Below, in pieces: positions 36,930 to 49,010 of a stretch of DNA of 64,000 bases. Numbering within the stretch: the first letter of the stretch is position 1; each line of letters begins with the position of its first letter. Origin of the DNA: Camelus dromedarius (Eukaryota). The stretch lies in the NCBI RefSeq assembly GCF_036321535.1, contig NC_087437.1:16370001-16434000 (forward strand), read 5' to 3'. Under the pieces are notes generated by a model that saw only the letters and a list, made by a program, of their open reading frames with translations, was not told the DNA's origin and did not search any database. A program made the translations under genes and the position numbers.

Positions 36930-37786
36930 TTCCTGTGAAGGTCAGCACAGGCCACCATATTGTCAGATCCCGTGGTCATTTGAAGTCCTCATCTCACTTG
37001 GTTTTCCAGCAATATTTGACAATCTCGGTGCTCCCTCCTCTCGGCTTCTTCCCTCTAATTCCACAGCAGAACATTCTTCTGGTTAATCCTCCACCTCTCC
37101 AGCTACTGCTTTTCAATCTCCTTTACCACCCACTTCTACCCCAAGCTATAATGTTGGAGACCCTCAGAGCTTGGCTCTATTCCCTAGCTTATCCTTGCCC
37201 TACCCTCCTATTTCTAAGGATCTTATCCACTCCCCTGACTTTACGCACAATCTATAATGAATCTAGATCTCTCATTAGAGTTCCTGATTCATAAATACAA
37301 CCACATGCTACATATATATCTGCCCTCAGAAAACTCTCAGGAATCTTAAAATCCTCACGCCCAACACTGAACTCTAAAATTCCATCTCCAAACCCATTTC
37401 ACCCTTAGCAGTCCCCATCTAAGTTGTTGTTCATTCCTCCTTTACCCCACCAACCTATACATGAGTCCCTTGACTCTGCTTCCAAATCCACCTCCATCTT
37501 GTCCCCTTATCTCCACCTCTACAGCCACCTCCTGCCTCTGTCCTGGGCCACTGCTGTAACTTCCCGACTGGTTCTCTGCTTCCCCTGTGACCCTGTCAGG
37601 CAATTCTCAGAACTTCCCACAATTCTTCATTAATCAGGAGACACTGGATTCTTCTGTATGCACACCAGGCTGTAAATTATACATGAGCAGGGACAGCTGT
37701 TGCTTTTACCATCGTGTCCCCAGTTTTTTTGGTGTAGTGCTTATAAAACAGTATGTGCTCAAAACTGAATGAACTAATGAATGAAC
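36930..37786 (+). mobile_element. L2 LINE (RT region to 3' end, internally deleted)
   Basis: agtcctcatctcacttggttttccagcaatatttgaca matches L2 RT DNA; ends tgaatgaactaatgaatgaa. Confidence 0.8.
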
Positions 37787-38459
37787 AGTAGTTAAACTGG
37801 GCCTTGAAGGAAAGCACAGGATGAGGGGCTAAGTATGAGCGGGGCAGCCCTTTGGATTAAAGAGCTGGGCGTGGCAGCTACAGAGCATTGAGAGATGAGC
37901 TTACGAAACAAGGAATTCCAAAGTGACAGGAAGGTGTGGGACAGTGAAGTCCACAACCTCACTGCCAGCCAGGAAACAGGCACAGGAGAGGGCTAGAAGG
38001 GTGAGGGAGACTCATCAGAAAGGCAGAAGCCAGGCCTCTTTCTGAAGGGACTGGTTGGTGCCTGGACACAGGGCAGATGGCAGAGCACTCATTCCTGCCC
38101 TAACCGAACATCCAGGGTGAAATCACAGCTTAGGAAAGAACCTGGGTGAAGACAGACTTCCAGAATAGGAAGAAGGCTGCCTTATTTCCTGGGTGTGGGC
38201 CAAGGGATGGGGCAATGGATAGTCAGTGGCCCACATCCTGAGCTCACTTGCCCCAAAGATCCAGACAGCACCCAGGTGCTCTGAGCCTGTCTCTCTCCAG
38301 GGACAACCATGGAGATCCTTATAGCCATTAATGGCTTCCCCAGCCCCCTCACCATGCAAGCGGATGGATACCAGGTTCCAAGCCCTTCCTGCTCCTGCCG
38401 TGTTCACTTTTCCTGCTTAAATTTCTGTCCCGGTCCCCGCCACGTACCCCATCCACCCA

Positions 38460-38706
38460 CCACTGCAGGCAGTGGCCGCAGCTCTTCCCTCTCTGCCTCT
38501 GTCCTCACGTGCATCCTCCCCTCGTGTTCTTGTGTCTCTGTGTCTCTTCGTATAAGGACACCAGTCATATTGGACTAGAGCCCACCTTAACTGAGTTCAT
38601 CCTAACATTACATCAGCAATGACTTTTTCCAAAAAAGTCACATTGGATACTTGGGGTTAGGACTTCAACACATCTTTTTTAGGAGGACACCATTCAACCC
38701 ATCCCC
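38460..38706 (-). mobile_element. MLT1B/C-type LTR fragment
   Basis: tataaggacaccagtcatattggactagagcccacc...ggggttaggacttcaacacatc...ggacaccattcaaccca. Confidence 0.85.
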
Positions 38707-40229
38707 TCCGTGGAAAGAGCATTGTGTCCCTGAGGATGAATGGAGAGTTACAGCTGTCCAAAGCCAGAAAGCACACACATAAATTCAGCCTCAGGCAGGG
38801 AGAAGGGAGAGGGAGAAACGAGGCAGAGTGGGGACTGCTGAAAGATCTGTGAGGAAAGGAAGGGACGGAGTGGACAGAAGGAGAGAGACCAGACGGAACT
38901 TCCAAGTGCGGCATGGAGGTGACCTTTACTGGGACACAGGAAAAACACAAAGAGCCTTGGGCTTCATGACAACATGAAGGTGGCCCCAGGCCCCATCGCT
39001 GGCCTCCTTCCTCCACAGCTGCCTCCTCCCCTTTTTCCACAGTTCTACTGCAGCTTGACTCTCCTAATGGAGAATTTAATGAGAACTTCAGTAAATAGAT
39101 CCCAGAGTCTCTCTCCCTACCCCCAGTAATTATAAAGCTCAGCAATTTTTTTCCCCTAACTTGCTGCTGATTTTCTAATTACTCTTGCTCCAAATAGGAC
39201 AGTTAGCATTAAGATGAAGCCATGCTGAGGTTGTGGGTTCACTCACATCTGCTTTGCTTATTTCCTTAATTTGACAGTGTGGCTTTATGGACAGACAGCA
39301 GCAGGTGATTCTTAGAATTTTATTGCTTGCAGCACCCCCCCCCCAAAAAAAAACATGGAAACCCTCAACTGGCATCAAGGTAAAACTCTCTTGTAGGAAA
39401 AACTCATCAAGACCCACCAGATGGAGTTTAACGAGTCTTGGAGTGCAGCAGGCCCCTCCCTGGAAGGGGACAGAGAGGACATTTTCCCTCACTTCCGGCC
39501 CCAGCAACTTGAAATGAATTTCCAAACAAGAGAGATTCCTTTCATATAAGGGCACATAGTAAGCATGGGTTGAAGGGCCAGAGGGCACTGGGGCTGGGGG
39601 GAAGGAAAAGGAAGTTCCAGTAAAAAGAGTAAGTAGGCAGCAGCAACCAACAGAAATGGTCAGAAAATACTTGGTTCAGGGCAAAAACTGTTGGCATCTC
39701 TGCATGGGCACGTCTGGAGAAGTTTTTCAGACAAGGCCCTACCTTCAAGCCAGATTGCCCCAAAGTTCCATTAGGCTGATTAATAGGTACTTTCCTCTTG
39801 TGAAATTCCATGACCTCATTTGGGAAAGCAAGAGGAACTTTCCAAGGAGATGTGATTAAAGGAACCAACGACATTTAATCAGGAAGAAGTCCTCACTCGA
39901 AAGCCTTCCATCCATATATCTAATTTAAAAACACCCTGAGGCAAGTCAGTCTCATTTAGAGGAACAACTACTCCCCTCCGATGCTGAACCAATGCTTACA
40001 GGAGCCTTCCCCTCACTCTCTGCCGTCTCTCACTCTCATTTCTCCTCCATCAACACCTCGAGTCAGTTAGGAAATAGAAAAAGAGGAGTCTTGAGATGAC
40101 TGCAGCAAAGGAGGGAGATTTTAGACTCTATTTCCCTACAGTACAGTCGTAAGTTCTTGATTCCCCCCTCCCCATTCTGCTCCATCTTTGGAGGGAATAT
40201 GAGTATTTGGATTCAGGATTCTACAAGTA

Positions 40230-40385
40230 CAAGGACTTGAGACTCAACAGATCTGGGTTCGAATCCTGGCAGCACCATTGACAAGTTGTGTGTCTTTGGT
40301 AAAGTTCCCTTCCCTCAGCCTCACTTTTCTGCCCTGGGAGCTGGAACCAGAGGTGTTTGTTCTTCAAGTGCACTGTGAGAACCCA
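40230..40385 (+). mobile_element. MIR
   Basis: cagatctgggttcgaatcctggcagcaccattgacaagttgtgtgtctttggtaaagtt. Confidence 0.8.
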
Positions 40386-41369
40386 GGGAGCTCGCCAACA
40401 TATCACTGGTCTCTCGGCAACGTTGGTCCTTGTCTCCTGATCATGAAGTCAATAAGCCTTTCTTCAGAATCTTGGCTGGGACAGGGTGTTGTGTGATTTC
40501 CCCCTCCCCCCACAACGCGTGGAGCTCCACGTTTGTGCTGGGGCCTCTCGGCACAAACTGGTGCCTGGAATCATGTTTTCTTTCTTCCCCTTACACACCC
40601 TCAGTTCTCAAAAGCAGTGCAGGACCAAGCTGGTCTGGCTCCAGGGCTCAGTTCATCTTATTTCCGTACCATCTGGCCTATGACCCACCATTAGTCCTTT
40701 TATGCCTCCTGTCTAAAGAAATGTCTTGTATTTTGCCTACGGAAGATGGTTCCCTAATGAATGTCAAACCACAATAAAACTTAAGTGTTTGCATCAGACA
40801 CTTGAGCAGGCATCTGTCCTCCCAGCAGTAAAATATGCTGGGGTTCTGGAAACAGCTAAGAAATTTGAAACTGGGTTTCATCCACTTCCAGGAGAGCTGT
40901 GATAATTGCAGTCAGTAACTCAGTTAGAGGAAAAGCCCTCATGAGGCTTCAACTAAGCTGCGGTGGCTCTTGACATGAGCCTTCCCCACAGAAGGAGATA
41001 GAAGGGTGCGCCAGCGAGAAGGAGGGATGGGAAGGTCCCCGGAGCGCACAGCAGTAGCTGGGGAGGGTGGTGCACCCTCCTGGAGGTGCAGCCCTCCCGC
41101 TGCCTCTGCTGCAGTCTTAGCCCCAGGCTCTGTGGGCACCAGGGACACCAGCCCCTTCCCCCCAGGGTAGCATGCATTTGGCTGCCCTGGTCCTCCCTGA
41201 GCACCAGAGGCTGTGCTTAAGTCACACCACAGAAAAACAGACTTGCGCAGGTGGCCAATCCCTCTGTCACTTGAGCTCAGATCCCCAACAGCTGAAGAAT
41301 CACACCCAAAGGCCCTGAAAGACCATGCAGACAAGATTGTGATGTTTGGGTAAACACAGAAAATGGAAA

Positions 41370-41610
41370 ACGCCATCATGTGGATCGGAACCTGACAGTC
41401 CTGGGTCCAAATCATTGGTAGAGCTGATGGTCAACCGCGTGGTTTGGGGAAAGTCGTTTAACCACTTTGAGGTCCATTTCCTAGTATGAAAAGTTAGGGG
41501 TAGGGGTGGAGGTGGACAGAGATGGGAACTTAGTGTTTTTCTTCCAGAACTGATGGGTGGATGAGAGACAAGGTGTGTAAACTGTCTAGAACAGAGCTGA
41601 TGTCCAAAAA
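41370..41610 (+). mobile_element. MIR (diverged)
   Basis: cagtcctgggtccaaatc...ttggggaaagtcgtttaaccactttgaggtccatttcc. Confidence 0.6.
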
Positions 41611-41680
41611 TCAACAGCCTCTAAGTAGGAAACAGCCTGAGGGACTTGGTGATCATTCCTCTCGAGAATGATCAAGGCAG

Positions 41681-41706
41681 TCACTGGTCACTGGTCACTG
41701 GTCACC
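41681..41706. repeat. (TCACTGG)~3.5 tandem heptamer
   Basis: tcactggtcactggtcactggtcacc. Confidence 0.9.
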
Positions 41707-42043
41707 AGGGTCACCAAAACTGAGCATAGTTCAGCAAAGTACCTGATGTACATTGCTTTCTTCAAGGACTCTAAAAACGACGATTGTGGTGGATACGGAG
41801 AAATGGAGTTTGTATGAGAGCAACTGGGTGAAGGCATCCCAAAGACCCTCAGAGGAAAGCCTTCCTCCATGGGGCCCACCATGAGGACCTTCATTCCCAG
41901 AGGAGTCCTGAGAAGCAAGAATGGGTAGATTCGTGGATGACACAAAGCTAAGAGGGCTTTACAATCATTGGATCACAGAATTAAGATTCAAAAATATTTC
42001 AGTTGGCCTTAAATGATCAACTCAAAGAAACAAGCAGAAATAT

Positions 42044-42380
42044 AACCTATTTACAAAACAAAAAGAGACCCACAGACAGAGAAAACAAACTTATGGTTAC
42101 CAAAGGGGAAAGGCTCAGGAGGAGGGATAAATTGGGAGTTTGGGATTAGCAGATATGAACTACTATATACAGAATAGATAAACAATGAGGTCCTACTGCT
42201 GTACAGCACAGGGAACTATATTAAATAGCTTGTCATGGCCTATAATTAAAAAGAATATGAAAAAGAGTGTATGTATATGTGTGTGTGTATGTGTATATAT
42301 ATATATAAAAAACTGAATCACTATGCTATACACCAGAAGCTAACACAATATTGTAAATCAACTATACCTCAGTTTAAAAA
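42044..42380 (+). mobile_element. Cetartiodactyl-type L1 3' UTR
   Basis: aaacaaacttatggttaccaaaggggaaagg...tacagcacagggaactata...actgaatcactatgctatacaccagaagctaacacaatattgtaaatcaactatac. Confidence 0.9.
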
Positions 42381-42399
42381 CTTTTTTATTAAAAAAAAG

Positions 42400-42905
42400 A
42401 AATATTAAGCCAAGAAAGGCATGGAAGAAACTTAAAAGACATATTACTAAATGAAAGAAGCCAGTCTGAAAAGGCGACAAACTGTACGATTCCAACCAAA
42501 TGACATTCTGGAAAAGGCACAGCTACAGAAACAGTAAAAAGATCGTGGTTTCCAGGGGTTTGGGGAGACGGAGGGAGGGAGCACAAGGGGTTTTTAGGGT
42601 GATGAAGTTGTTCTGTACGATACTATAGTGGTGGCTACATGTCATTATGCATTTGTCAAAGCCCATAGAATGTACAACATCAAGAGTGAACCCTAATGTA
42701 AACTATGGACTTTGGTTGATAATAATGTGCCCATGTTGGTTCATCGATTGTACCAAATATGCCACACTGATGAGGGATGTTGAGAGGAGGGGAGTATATA
42801 TGCGTGGATGGGGAGGGCTATGTGAGAACTCTCTGTATTCTCTGCTCAATTCTGCTGTAAACCTGAAATGGCTCCAAAAAAATAAAGTCTGTTTTTTTAA
42901 AAAAA
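42400..42905 (+). mobile_element. L1MC1-type 3' UTR
   Basis: aagaagccagtctgaaaagg...aagagtgaaccctaatgtaaactatggactttgg...aaaaaataaagtct. Confidence 0.9.
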
Positions 42906-43168
42906 GAAATATAATCATAAAATTCTTCACTTCAGTTCAAAATGGTAGCTGGAGGTAAGGGTCTCCTGCTAAGAGCAATGGCCTCCTTGGTTTAAGCTGG
43001 AGATAAAAGCAGGTAGTATGAAGGGAGGAGGATGAAAACTATTCCGAATCCAAATAATCCAGCCAACCCGTAGAAGCCAGATGCCAGAGACAGTGGTCAG
43101 AGGGGTGTTCTGCAGGCGTTGATGGCTTTGGATGCATAGGTAGCTCCCTTGACTCCTTCTGAGTATTT

Positions 43169-43579
43169 TTTAACACCTTTATTGTGGTATGAGTCCTATG
43201 CAGTAAACTACACATATTTCACACGTACAATTTGATGAATTTTGATAGATATATACACCAATGAAACCACCACTACAAACAAGATAGCTAAAATTTCCAT
43301 CACTCCCCAAGAGGTGCAAATTTTGAATTCCCAAGTTACCCCTTCCCACCCTCTTTACCCCCTGGTAACCGTAAGTTTGTTCTCTGTGTCTATAAGTCTG
43401 TTTCTGTTTTGCAGATAAGTTCATTTTTGTCCCTTTTTTAAGAATCCACATATAAGTGACATCATATGGTATTTTTCTTTCTCTTTCTGGCTTACTTCAC
43501 TTAGAATGACAATCTCCAAGTTCATTCACATTGTTGCAAATGGCATTGTTGTATTCTTTTTTATGGCTGAGTAGTATTC

Positions 43580-43639
<60 letters not shown>

Positions 43640-44269
43640 CACATCTCCTTTATCCAGTCATCTGTTGATGGACATTTGGGCTGATTCCCTGTCTTGACTA
43701 TTGTAAATAGTGCTGCTGTAAACATTGTGGTGCATTGTCTTTTCAAATTACATTTTCCTCTGATTTATGCCCAAGAGTGGGATTGCTGGATCATATCGTA
43801 AGTTTATTTTTTATTTTTTAAGGAACTTCCATACTGCCCTCCATAGTGGTTATGCCAATTTACATTCCCACCAACAGTGTAGGAGGGTTCCCTTTTCCCC
43901 ACAACCCTCTCCAGCATTTATCGTTTGTGGACTTTTGAATGATGGCCATTCTGACTGGTGTGAGGTGATACCTCTTTGTAGTTTTGATTTGCATTTGTCT
44001 AAGCAGAATTAGTGATGTTGAGCATTTTTCATGAGCTTGTTGGCCATTTGTGCGCCTTCTTTGGAGAGATGTCTATTTAAGTCTTCTGCCCATTTTTTGA
44101 TTGGGTTTCTTGAGGTTCCCTCCTTATGTTCCCAGTTGAAGAGGATCTTTTTTGCTAGGCTGCAGACTTTTTTCCCGATGGTTGTTTAGCAGTCAGTTGT
44201 GGTTTTGCTGTAGTTGTGAGGAGAGGTGAGCTTGTGGTCCTACTACTCCACCATCTTGACCGGAAATCT
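43169..44269 (-). mobile_element. TSD-bounded chimeric L1: 5' UTR start + ORF2 end/3' UTR + L1MB/ME-like tail
   Basis: 13-bp TSD cttctgagtattt at 43156-43168 and 44270-44282; minus-strand start atttccggtcaagatggtggag; junctions near 44107 and 43313. Confidence 0.85.
43582..43637. repeat. (GT)28 microsatellite inside L1
   Basis: Seen directly, uninterrupted. Confidence 0.98.
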
Positions 44270-44730
44270 CTTCTGAGTATTTAAAAGTTTTATCCAGCCA
44301 TCTGCATTTTGCCCCAAAAGCTCCTTCTGCTGTCTGTTCAGAACCAGGCAACCACCTCAGCCGACTGAGGCTAACTCAGGGGCTCAGCTGAGTCAAGGTC
44401 AGCTGGAGCCTTGGCCTCACATTCTAGCTGCCTTATTTGTGGGAAGAGTTTTACATTCACTCTCCTACACGATCCATTTGCTCCATTTCTGCTCACAGTA
44501 GAAAATAAAGTATCCTTCGTGTGCACCTAGCATGGGAACCGCCCCCTCACCGCCCCAGTGGTAACTTCTGGTGTCTTTCTCGACATCAGAGCCTCTCCCA
44601 GTGCTCCATCTTCTCCCTTTAGAAGCCACACTGGCAAAATAGCTAACGTGCATCAATTCTATTTTATGATGTCCCCTCCTTTCTGTCACTTTAAATCCTA
44701 AAATTCACTAGACCATTGCTGCTAATTCTT

Positions 44731-44911
44731 TTTTTTTTTTAAATATAGTCAGTTACAATGTGTCAATTTCTGGTATACAGCGTAATGTCCCAGTCATGCA
44801 TATACATTCATATATTCATTTTCATATTCTTTTTCATTAAAATTTATTATAAGATATTGAATATAGTTCCCTGTGATATACAGAAGAAATTTGTTTTTTT
44901 ATCTATTTTTA
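44731..44911 (-). mobile_element. Short 5'-truncated camelid/cetartiodactyl-type L1 3' tail
   Basis: Poly-T then tacaatgtgtcaatttctggtatacagc...gaatatagttccctgtgatataca; 8-bp TSD taattctt at 44723-44730 and 44912-44919. Confidence 0.88.
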
Positions 44912-45989
44912 TAATTCTTAAATTGACTGGATTTTGGCCTCGGCCAAACATTTGAGATGTGATAAAATGAAATTGGACACACTTGAAGCTAGCAGCTCCT
45001 CAGGTGCTTCAGAACAATGTCGAGGCTCCAGAAGCAGAGTGACCTCCCCATACCCCCTGGTGACCCTCCCATTTGTGGGAAGGGGTCACGCTGCCACACC
45101 GCCTTCCCCCTAGGGCACCACGGGAGAGCAGGGAGGATTAAGGAGCTGTGCAGGCCACTTTTATGACATCCTGATGTCGGCTCCAAAGCAGGACAGATTT
45201 AAAATGTGTCCCCCTCGTGGTTTTGACCCTAACCCGGAACAGCAAGGGTGATTTTTATAGACTACCAGGGGAGTATTTGAGAATAAGTTTATTTCTTTTT
45301 ATAGCAAGAAAATGATTTTCAAGAAATTCTGCCAGTCTAGAAGAGTCAAGCCCAGCTTACCCTCAAAAATATTGCTTTAAATCCTGTCACATGTTTTTGC
45401 TTATCTGACTCATAGAGTATTTATCTTCAGAGACTCTTCAAGGAATGATAAATATTAAAATTTTCAAAGTCAGAAATGAATGAGATGAAGCCCTGGGACA
45501 ATAAAATAATTTCTTGACACCCATTGCCTTGTTCTTTGCGCTCTTCGTTCCTCAATAATTTATTTCAGATTATTAGAAATTCTTCGTGCATTATATCAGC
45601 ATAAACTCATGAAGCTGATTTCTAAAATAAGAGTTTATTTTCACATGGGATTCAGAGGGCCTGGCATAGTATGGGCTTTTTAGGATTGTATTTTAGACCC
45701 TCAAAGTGTCAGAAGACTCGTATTCACCTCTTTTGCCTGCAGCAGTAATGCATACCTTATTAGCATTCAAAGCTTTTCTGTTTGCTTCTGTTACATTCCC
45801 TGGAACTTGGGTGTCACCAAAAGCAACTGCTGACTTGGGGCCCAGGCTCTCCTTCTCAGAACATGGAAGCGGGTCCCATTACCAAGCCCAAACTGGCCTC
45901 CAGAACTATCCTCTGCCCAGAGAAATCCTAGAAGACCCAAAAGCAGGAGCCCTAGGCTTCCCGGGTTCCACTCTCATCTCCCTGGTCCC

Positions 45990-46100
45990 TGCTCTTCCTC
46001 ATCACTTCCGGTGTACTGACTGCCTGGCCCTGGCCACGCCCCTTAAACAGGGGGTGGAGCGTGGAGTGAGAGGGGTGGCTCAGCCCTCCCAGACTCACTG
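45990..46100. promoter_or_regulatory. Candidate promoter/enhancer core (ETS + KLF/SP)
   Basis: CACTTCCGGT at 46003-46012 and GGCCACGCCCC at 46032-46042 followed by TTAAA, in non-repetitive DNA. Confidence 0.45.
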
Positions 46101-47529
46101 GCCTGCAGGCATCCTGCTATCTGCTTGTCTGCCCGATGATGGTGCTGGCTTCTCATATTGAAGCCTTCCCTGCCAGTCACTGCCCTTCATTAAGCCCTTA
46201 GCATCTGTTGGCTTTTTCCTTGACCCTTGGCCCCTGCCATCCACTGATCCCTGGCCCTGATACCAGACATACTGACCAGGAAGCCCTGATTCCCCTAACG
46301 TGGTTTTGTCTTAAAACATCTATTTAAGACATATTTAAGTGCATCATTGGGGTGAGCGTTGAGTGCCAAAGGGACCGCCTCTGGTGACTGCACAGGTGTA
46401 CAAGCAGCCCGTCAAGGCGTTGAGTCTCACTGGACAGATGGGGGCCAGACTCCAAATGGGAGGAGCGAAGGCCCAGGAACACCGGGCAGGGATCAGTCAT
46501 GGAGCCCAAGGTTCATAACTGAAGGGATTTTTTTTCTCTATCAGGAATGCTTTGGGAATGGGGAAGAAGGGTCCCTGGGGGAGGGCTGGAATCCCAGAGT
46601 GAGCTCCTAGGCTGTTCCCAGGCCTGGTGGGGAGTGCGGGGAGTGAGTGGTGCTGTGCTCAGGGCCAGAGAAGGCAGACATCCAGCCCCACAGAGAACAG
46701 TCTGATACAGCAGAATTCATACCCGGCAATCTTGATCCAAGAAACACTGAATGCGTTCATTGATATTTTATTGGAGGCTAAAATAGCTCATTTTAATTAG
46801 ATTGATTTCTCTAGGTTTGCTACATTTTTAATGTGTTTCTACTATGCCTGGGGGTCATTTCCCCCACAGGAACTAATCTAGTTTCACAGTTCAAAAAGGA
46901 ATCACAACATTCTGAATTTAACATATGGGTTTTTCAGATTTAACTTTTCTGGATCAAAATTATACCATAAAAATGAGAGACTTGCAGGGCTGGTCTGCAT
47001 ACATGTTACATGATAATTTTTTTCTTCTTACCTGGATGAAACAGAACTAACCTTTACTGGCCAGCCCTGGGAATCGTCTCAGCCTGCGGGTTCTTGGTGA
47101 GGAGTCCAACGTCCCTGGCGGTGATCATGAGCGCGCTGCCTCAGATCTAGCTACAGAGCACGCGCAGGTGAGGTGGCTGCTTTTCCTGGCAGTCGGGAGC
47201 CAAAAGCTGTCGCTGGATTCTGCTACCTCGGCCCCATGCTGACAAACAACACACTAATAGGCAAGGAACTAGACGACTCTATCTAGGAACCCAGCACGTC
47301 TCTTGGCAGAATGGCAGGAAGGTTCTGCTTTCCAAATAACAAAGTTTTGTCAAAGCCAGAGGCCCCACCTGCCCTGCCTAGACGGACGGTCCTGCTCCTC
47401 CCACCAGGTCAGCCTTTCCTCCAGCCAACAGCCCATGGGCCATGCGCTGAGCTGGCCATGGGGGTAGGGGTTCCAAAAGAAACCCGTGTCTCGGCCCAAT
47501 CCTGCTGCCAAAGGCAGGGTCTGTCATTG

Positions 47530-47715
47530 ACTTCCCACTGAGCATCAGGTAGTGGGCTAGGCTGAGCGGAAAACATCGCCATCCTCATTTTAGAGTCAAG
47601 GAAACCAAACTGGTACCCTAAAAGATGACGGGTTGGGCCCCAGACTGCACCAGCAGGGCAGAGTCTAATTTGAACCCACATCTGCCCAGCTCCAAATTCT
47701 GCACACTTTTCCCTC
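47530..47715 (-). mobile_element. MIR
   Basis: catcctcattttagagtcaaggaaacc...ggcagagtctaatttgaacccacatctg. Confidence 0.7.
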
Positions 47716-48134
47716 CTCCAGGCAGCATCCTTTCCAGAGGCTACAGGGTTTCTGTGTGAGGGAAGCCCCCTGTCACTTCCCTGTCAAGCAGAGGTCTCCT
47801 GCCGACCCCTGCCCTCCTAGCTTGGTCCTACACTGTAACATGTGGGTTGAGGCTTCTTCTAGTCAATGCCATGTGTAAAATAAGTTCCAGAACAAATGCC
47901 TCCTCCCTGGAATCAGAGCTCAGCTCTGCTCTTTATTACTCACACTGCCCCCCAACCCAGTCCACAGGCTCTGCACTCAGCCTGGTAATCCCTGCCCAGC
48001 CCTGACCCGGGGATCCAACCGAACATCCTGGAAAACCCCCCTTGCCACTCATACAAATTGTTTTTACATGACCTTGTGGGGATGCGCCGTCCTCCCTCAT
48101 CTCAAATGTATCCAAAGAGCCACAAACATCTCAG

Positions 48135-48325
48135 TGCTTAGGAAAGTGAAATTATCCAGATGTCTTTGCAGATGTTACAAATGGCCAGCCCGTACAGCAT
48201 AAATGCAAAGAAAATCTCCTCTCCCCACGTGGGAGTGGGTGTCTGCAAATAAGACCAGGAAAAATGACCAAATACACACTCATTGCTGATAAAAGGGATT
48301 TTCCTTTATCCCTGTGGTTAGAATT
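48135..48325. promoter_or_regulatory. Candidate immune/haematopoietic enhancer motif cluster
   Basis: GAAAGTGAAA 48142-48151, CACGTG 48226-48231, TGATAA 48287-48292, GGGATTTTCC 48295-48304, TGTGGTT 48313-48319. Confidence 0.45.
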
Positions 48326-48429
48326 TCAATGTTATAAAAATCTTAAATGTTCAAAATTTGATTTTTTTTTTCCAGTGGTGATCAAAGATTGATATTCGGT
48401 GGTTATTACGCTGTTGTTCATTCAGGGCC

Positions 48430-49010
48430 AAAAGCAAGGAGGTGCAGAGGAGGTAAGGAAACAAGGGTGATGCCTTTCACATTGCTTCAGGGTCAGTGAG
48501 GAGATGCAGCTTGCTCATGGGTGTTTGGGGGGAGTAGGGAGAAAGAGGATGGGAAGGCAGATGGAGACAGAGCTTCACAGAGGAGAGGAAGCGCCAGATG
48601 ATCATAAACATTAGAGACAATGAGTTGGGGGGGGGGTGGGATGGAGGAAGGCAGCCATGGAGAACGCCTTGACCAAGAACACAGGATTAGGAATGGGTCA
48701 GGCCCGTCTGAGTACCGACTCATAGGTGGTTCTGACAGGCAGGAATGGAGGCACAGGCTGGACCCCGGACGTCCTTGAGTAACAGGCTGACGAAGCCTGG
48801 CTTTTGTCTTTGAAGCAAATGGAAACGTTGGACTTGTTCAAACAGCAGTGCGACACAATGAAAGTAGAGATTCGGGAGGATTATCAGTGTGGTAAAGAGA
48901 AGGACAAATTGAAAGGCAAATTGTTCAGAGAGTCACCTGTCAGATGTTTACCCCGTCTCCTTTCACAGAGACGTCCAGGGCTCCAAAGCTGCTGTTCCGG
49001 GCCAGGGGTC
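48430..49010 (-). mobile_element. L2 fragments (diverged)
   Basis: Purine-rich tract with ggcttttgtctttgaagcaaatggaaacgttggacttgttcaaacagcagtgcgacacaat. Confidence 0.55.
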
